From positions 12,956,635 to 13,020,634 of the forward strand of contig CAJINV010000001.1 in the NCBI GenBank assembly GCA_905178155.1: a stretch of 64,000 bases of DNA, given 5' to 3'. The stretch is from Amoebophrya sp. A120 (lineage: Eukaryota; Protista; Dinoflagellata). The translations under genes were made by a program, and so were the position numbers. The notes beneath the pieces are model-generated. The model was not told the DNA's origin. It saw only the letters and a program-made list of their open reading frames with translations, and did not search any database. Below, piece by piece: positions 58,359 to 64,000 of the stretch; the first letter of the stretch is position 1, and each line of letters starts with the position of its first letter.

Positions 58359-61300
58359 CTACGGTCCGACATGTTCGCCCTGTTCGTCGTGGAGGTGTCC
58401 TTGATCTCGTGCCTGTGCAAGCATGAAGGTACTGTTGATCGAGTTTGGGTTCGCAGTTGCCATGGGAAGGAGGCGCTCCAAATCTTGTTTCGGAAGCCCC
58501 AGTCGCAGTGCCGTGACCGCGGCCGTCACAGACACGATTAGTATCGCGAGCAGAAGTAAACTCGATAGAAACACTACAAAATGTCGAGATAAGCTCCAAA
58601 CCGACGAAGATGTGCATTCGTCTGTGAGTACCGGCTGGGCTGCGGCCAGGTTCAATTGCTGCTTCTCTGCGTCGGACTTGGAGTTCAGCTCGGCAAGCCG
58701 AAACTTCATATCCTCCAAAACCCGCTCTACGTCCTTCACACTGTCATTCAGTTTTCCCAGCGTTTCGCCGTGGCTATCAGCTTCCTTTTGCTCTCTTGCC
58801 TTCTTCTCCTCCTCTTCTTTCCTTTGTTTTTCTTCCTTCTCCGCCTGCTCCTTTTCGTCTTTTGCATTTTGATAGTCGTCCTCCTTTTTTTCTTTTGCAG
58901 CCTTTTCAGCCTCTTGCTTTTTCTCCTTTTCCAACTTCTCCTTCTCCTCTGTGTCTTTTTTCGCCTGCTCCTCTTCGGAATTCGTATTCCCATTGCTTGC
59001 TGCTGGCAATGCTTCTGGCGCATTTTCATTTATCTGTGCTCCCTCCCCTGCGACCTTGGCTGCTGCTTCGCCGCCATCGCTGGCTTCCGCGGCCAACACC
59101 TGCTTTTCGGTTTTCTTCAGGTACTCGTCGCGCGCCTGGGCCTCGATGCGCTCCTTCTCGAATTTCGCGTCGTCCGCCTTGCCCTTTTCCGCGATCTCCT
59201 GCTCCACGACCTCTTGCCGGCGTTTGATATTTTCCTCCGCCTCCTCGGCGGATTCCTTGGCGTCGTGCACTTTCTCCATTTCCTCGGCTCGAATTTCCAC
59301 GTCGCGGTTCACCTTCTCGAGCGCCCTCTCGGAGCTGCGCCGCTGCAAGGCCTGGGCGCGGTCCGCATCGTCCGCCAGCAGCTTGTCCCGCACCTGTCGG
59401 AGCTGATCCGCTTCCGCCCGCAACGCCAGCGCCTGCGCGTCCAGGTCCACACTGCGCGACCTTTCGTGCTCGGCGGCCCGCTCGGCCTCCAGCTTGCTCA
59501 GGTTCTCCTGCGCCTCCGCGTAGGCGCGCGTGCCGCTCGACTGCAATTTGATCTCCGCTTTCAGCTTGTTGATTTCCTGTGTCAAATATGCAATACAATT
59601 TTCCCGTACTACATGTACAAGTTGCATCACAAATTTCAGCAATTTGGAGTAGGTCATGCTAAACGTCGAGGGTCAAAACCAAGTTTTGTCATGCGGAGAC
59701 CGCATTCCGATTTCCACGTGTAGTACGGGAGATTTACTGTGGATATCAAGCTCGCGATGGCCGCGGCGGCGTTCATCTTGCGCTCCGCGTCGGTTTTCTC
59801 GAACTGGTTTTCTACCTCTTCCACCTTCTTTTGCGCGTCCTCCTCCTGCTGTTTCGCCGCGCTCACGAGGTCCTTGTCCTGCTTCAAGATCTTTTCGTTC
59901 TCTTCCGCCTCGTTCGATTTTTCCCGCTTCTCCTCTTCCGCAATCTGCTTTGCCCGCTGGTCCACCTCGGCCGCCTTCGCGGTCACGTCCTCCAGGCCCT
60001 TCTGCACGCCGACGGAGTCGTCCTGTAAATTGTCCAGGTCCACGGCGATCTTGTCCGCGGCTTGCTTTCTCACATCCGACGCGAGGTCGGCCGCCTGCTT
60101 CGCCACCTCCGCCTTCGCGTCCAGCGCCAGACGCTGCCGGTCTTGCGCGGCGTCCATGCTTTCCAGGGACACCTTCTGCCGCGCCATTTCGGCGGCGTGC
60201 CTTGTCTTTTCCTCCTCGGAGTCCTTCGCGAGCTCTTCGCCCATTTTCTGCGATCCCACCACGGCCTTCTGCAAGGTTTTGTCCGCGTCGCGCAGCACTT
60301 CCTGGGCCTTCGCGTTTTCCAGCCGGGCGTCGGCCTTGATGCGCTCGATGGTGGTCAGTGTCTTCTTCACCTGTCCGCGCGCGGTCTCGCGCTCGGTGCG
60401 CAGCCGCTCCAGGGTGTTCTCCGTGATCGACCCCATGCCAGGGTGGTCCAGGGCCTTCAGCTTCTCCTGCTGCAGCTTGGCGCGCGCGAGCTCCAGATCC
60501 AGTTCGCCCTGCACGTTGTCGGTTTGCCTTTTCAGTTTTTTCTTCGCCGTCTCATCGAGGTTTTTCTATCCAGGAAAAGACACCCATCCCCATCCATTTT
60601 CTGCATGACAAATAGTGGAATTTATGCACGTTTTGCATGACAAATTGGATGGGGATGGGTGTTTTTTCCTGGATATTTTCATCGTGTCTTCCATCAACTG
60701 CTTCATCTTCGCCACCTCGTTTTCGTATTCCGTCGCCAGCTGCTTCTCGAGAGCCAGGCTCTCCGCGCGCGCGGCGGCGCTGGGCTCCGCGGCATTCACC
60801 TGCAGGAACGCGGACTGTTCTCCGTCAAGGTCAAGTGAGGCTCGCGCGCCCGGCACTTCGTCGCAAAACGGGAGAGAGCTGGCGGACACGACGTTTGATG
60901 GGGCATGCTGGAGCTCGTGCTCATGCGTTTTCTTTTCCCGCCGAAGCAGGCGGCGTTTCTTCACTCGGTGGACATGCACTTCCAGCGCACTTGTTGCAGC
61001 TGCACCTTCTTCAGCAGCCGGCTTGTCGCCATCGGCAGCAGCCGGCCCTTCATTAGATTCTTCTTTCGATTCAGTTTCTGCCACTGCAGGCTCGTCCTCT
61101 TTTTTCTCTTCGCTCGCCGTCGTGTTTTCTTCTTTCTTCTCGGCGTCATCGGAAGCAGCAGAGGATTCCTCGTCTTTCTTTTCAGCATCTTCTACTCCTA
61201 CTTCAGCGGGCTTTTCATCTTCTGACTTTTTTTCCTCATCGCCTTTTTTGTCTTCGGAGTCTGATTCGTCTTTTTTTTCCTCGTCATCACCACTGCTTGA

Positions 61301-62206
61301 CGCCACAGCATCTTCGGATGCCTCTGCTTTGTCCTCCTCTTTTTTCTCGTCTTCGTTTTCCTTATCGCTAGCCTCCTGGTTTTTGCTGGATGATTCCGCA
61401 GCTTCCGCATCTGTAGCTGTTGTCGTCGTTGATGTTGTCGAGGTCGTCGTAGTGGTTTCACCGTCTTCCTCCTTCTTGTTCTGACTGGGAGAAGTATTAC
61501 TGCTAGCTGTCCCACCGCCACCGCCAGGTAAAATGTTTCCCTTTCCCACTCCCACACTGCTGGTTCGTTGTTTACACACCACAATGCCGCCGTCCACAAG
61601 AATCTGTGTGACAGTCGGACTGGAGCCGTCAGAGGAACCCCCGCTGGCGCTGGTTCCAAACAGGGAAAAGCTATCGCGTTTGGCTTTCGCCGTCTCGAGA
61701 TTATCCAGGTCGGACAGGTAGGGGTTGTGCAACAGATTGTTGTCGAAGTAGTGGTCCAGATGCAGGTACAGCTCGTACGGTTTTCTGGTCACGCCGGCGT
61801 TCCAGAGGAGGTTCGGATCGCAGGTCCGGACGTACCAAGAAACGAACAGCCACCAATAAATCCAGGCGAAGACATAGGCATAGAACAGGTACCTGTGGTT
61901 GGGATGCTTGCGAAAATACGCCTGGGTCTTGCGGATGCGCACCCGAATCGCGATGTACACGCGCTCGCGCCGATTCCAAAGGAGGAGCAGCCCGGTGTAG
62001 ATCAAATAGAAGAGCGCCGCGTAAAGGAACAAGTTCTTGTGGACCCAGAGAAAACAGGCCACATTCCAGGCGAGCTGAATCAGGTGCTTGATGACAAAAA
62101 GAGCGAGCTCCAGAAGCTTTCCAAGAAAAGACAGAAACGCGTTCCATAGCTTGACTACCGGCGCGAGAATCCAACCGGGGGTAAAAACGCCGGTTTTGGT
62201 CTTCAT
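58359..62206 (-). CDS. Multi-pass membrane protein with an acidic linker and long coiled coil; 3 exons joined across two introners
   Basis: ORFs 60566..62269, 59654..60514 and 58359..59657 fuse in frame once introners E (EDTMK-NLDETAKK) and D (IASL-TQEINKL) are removed. N-terminal TM helices and a C-terminal TM segment FVVFLSSLLLLAILIVSVTAAV. Confidence 0.82.
59587..59745 (-). mobile_element. Introner D: degenerate inverted-repeat non-canonical intron
   Basis: tat...ata ends; 30-nt arms with a perfect core tcccgtactaca / tgtagtacggga; flanks tcaaa (59582-59586) and tcaag (59746-59750), 4/5 identical. Confidence 0.88.
60567..60675 (-). mobile_element. Introner E: inverted-repeat non-canonical intron
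   Basis: Terminal inverted repeat tatccaggaaaagacacccatccccatcca matches the other end at 29/30. Direct repeat ttttc at 60562-60566 and 60676-60680. Confidence 0.93.
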
Positions 62207-62558
62207 GATCTCTGTTGGTTCCTTATTTCTTCTTGGAAGGTGCAGGTGCTGGATTCTATCGGTCAGCAAAACTGCTCTTCAGGGTCAGCTGAAGCTGCAC
62301 CAGGAAACTGAAAATATGAATTCGGTGCGCCTTTTCCTCCCTTAGTTTTTTTTTTCCATTGCAGAGCAGAGATAGCTAGAGGTAGAAGTAGCTGCTCATC
62401 AAGTCTATCTTGCGAATGCGATTGTGCTTTCAGCTTGTACAAAGAAACCAATATGTTCTCGACGTCGAGCGCCTCGTGATATCCATCGTTATTCTTGTTT
62501 TTCTTCCTCTTTTATCGCCAAGATGCCTCGAGAATCGCACATGCGAAATTCATCTTCA

Positions 62559-62578
62559 TCTCTCTCTCTCTCTCTCTC
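62559..62578. repeat. (TC)10 microsatellite
   Basis: Directly visible dinucleotide run. Confidence 0.85.
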
Positions 62579-63756
62579 ACTTTGTTGTCCTCTCCTACTC
62601 CTTGCGAGAAGCGTCGAAAGTATGTAGTGCGGCGTCGCTCGGGTTCGCATCATATTGGCCTCGTCAGTTGCCCATGCACAGCAACCTGGACAAAAATTTT
62701 GACGATGTGTCCGCCCCATCCGACTTACTTCGCCCTGCCGTGGTCCGTGTTTGTTAAGACGATGGATTTGTTTCCATCTAGCCCTTTGCTGACGCCACGT
62801 GGTGTAGACCCAGACTGAAACCTTTTGTTTTTCTTGCGATGGTGCGAAGACAGGCGTCACACGAGAGACAACGATCACAAGTTCTGCCATATCCGAAAGT
62901 AAAAGTATGTGTAAAGCGGTAAGAGACTGAAGAAAAACGAAACCACTACGACCTCGCGCGGAGATAACAGCAGTCACACCTCCATAAGTAGCTCGTCAGA
63001 GTGCATTGTTTAATATGTCGACCATCGCGCAACGCGAGACACGTTAAGCACATCAAATAAGTGAATACTGCTACTAGGATGTCGATGTCATTTTTCAACA
63101 CGAGCGTACTGCTGCTTTAAAAGAAACACGAGGAGACGAATGCTGTTGCGTTCATTTCGTAAGGTACCCGTGCCTCCACAGGCGGTGGCGGTGGGTGGCA
63201 CAATTTCATGCAAATTTTACGCATATCAACAATTTTGATTTTCATTACATACGAACGCGGACGAGGTAAAAATGGCAATCACAATCCCACTGGAAGAATC
63301 GCTCAAACCGTATTTGTATTTCATTCGTTGGGGACAAGTAGAAGGCACAGACTGAAGCATTTTTGCTCCAACCAGAACCATCTTCGTTCAGCATTTTCAA
63401 CATATCGCTGCGCCTATGGCAACTGCGAATTAAGTTTAACTTTAAGAGCCCCGTAGGCATTATCTAGTGTACCTATACCTATAGTTTCAGTTCGTTATTG
63501 TTCTTGCGCTAAATTTGATTTACACAGAGTAGCGATCATGAAAAACAGAGTTGCTAGTACAGTAGATGTTGTAGTAATTTGTTCGAATTGTTAGCCCTTG
63601 TAGTACAGATTGATTCATCATAAGTAGGTTCTGTGACGAGTTCTGCTCCTTTGATTTCGAGTGCGCTGATGCAGGTGGACAAGCGGCGGGAGGACGAAGT
63701 GTTTATTCTTGCTGTACTTTGATGTTCACCCCGAAAGGCAAATGATTTATCTTAGT

Positions 63757-64000
63757 TTATCCCCCAATCGCAGCGTCTAGCAGGTCAGTGTGCTGCATGT
63801 ACCCCGGAACCGGCTTCCCGCCGGGGCACCAAGCACGGTAGTTCACCTGCTCTTGCTGGTCCGAATCGGATCGAGATTTGTTGGAGGATGTTGTGGTGCT
63901 GTGGTTCAGATTTATGTACGACCCACTGCGTGAGCTATGGAGGGAGCGATTTCTTCCTGGATGAAAGCCGACTTCTCGGTCGTGCTGGTGTATATTCTTG
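63757..64000 (-). CDS. Possible 3' end of a gene entering from the right edge
   Basis: Open frame NIHQHDREVGFHPG...LLDAAIGG* ending at TAA 63757-63759; no homology recognised. Confidence 0.3.
   Translation of the reverse strand, partial: KNIHQHDREVGFHPGRNRSLHSSRSGSYINLNHSTTTSSNKSRSDSDQQEQVNYRAWCPGGKPVPGYMQHTDLLDAAIGG

Noticed and set aside
58520-58632. AT-richer in-frame segment as a possible intron
   Set aside because: It encodes a convincing transmembrane helix and has no good inverted repeat or AG acceptor.
11892-60675. G-U bias in arm mismatches as evidence for RNA-level pairing
   Set aside because: Sense-strand mismatches in A, B, C and E are mixed (3 G-U versus 5 others); too few to support a claim.
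58423-61484. Long plus-strand ORFs (e.g. 58656..59723, 59739..60608, 60615..61484) and similar ones elsewhere
   Set aside because: Antisense shadows of GC-rich minus-strand CDS, with Ser/Phe/Leu-biased composition and no domains.

Overview
Eukaryotic, intron-containing DNA in which every credible gene lies on the minus strand. Unidirectional genes, alveolate-type ribosomal proteins and hairpin-shaped non-canonical introns most resemble the syndinian dinoflagellate parasite Amoebophrya (inference). Recognisable genes are a ZW10-like protein, mitochondrial bS16, a DHX33-like DEAH helicase, eL38, a divergent Ubl-eS31 fusion, two tandem eL14 copies, a TPR protein, a Methyltransf_24-type methyltransferase and an ankyrin protein, plus several orphans. 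The main signal is five mobile-element-like introns in three genes. Each has TAT...ATA ends, terminal inverted repeats, a 5-bp target-site duplication and no GT-AG option, and precise removal of each restores the reading frame. All five share an internal TTGCATGACAA-type motif although most of their inverted repeats are unrelated. Other signals are dense GATC islands upstream of housekeeping genes, a non-GT intron without inverted repeats in bS16, and an eL14 duplication that captured an EF-hand gene fragment. All alignments and counts were done by eye.
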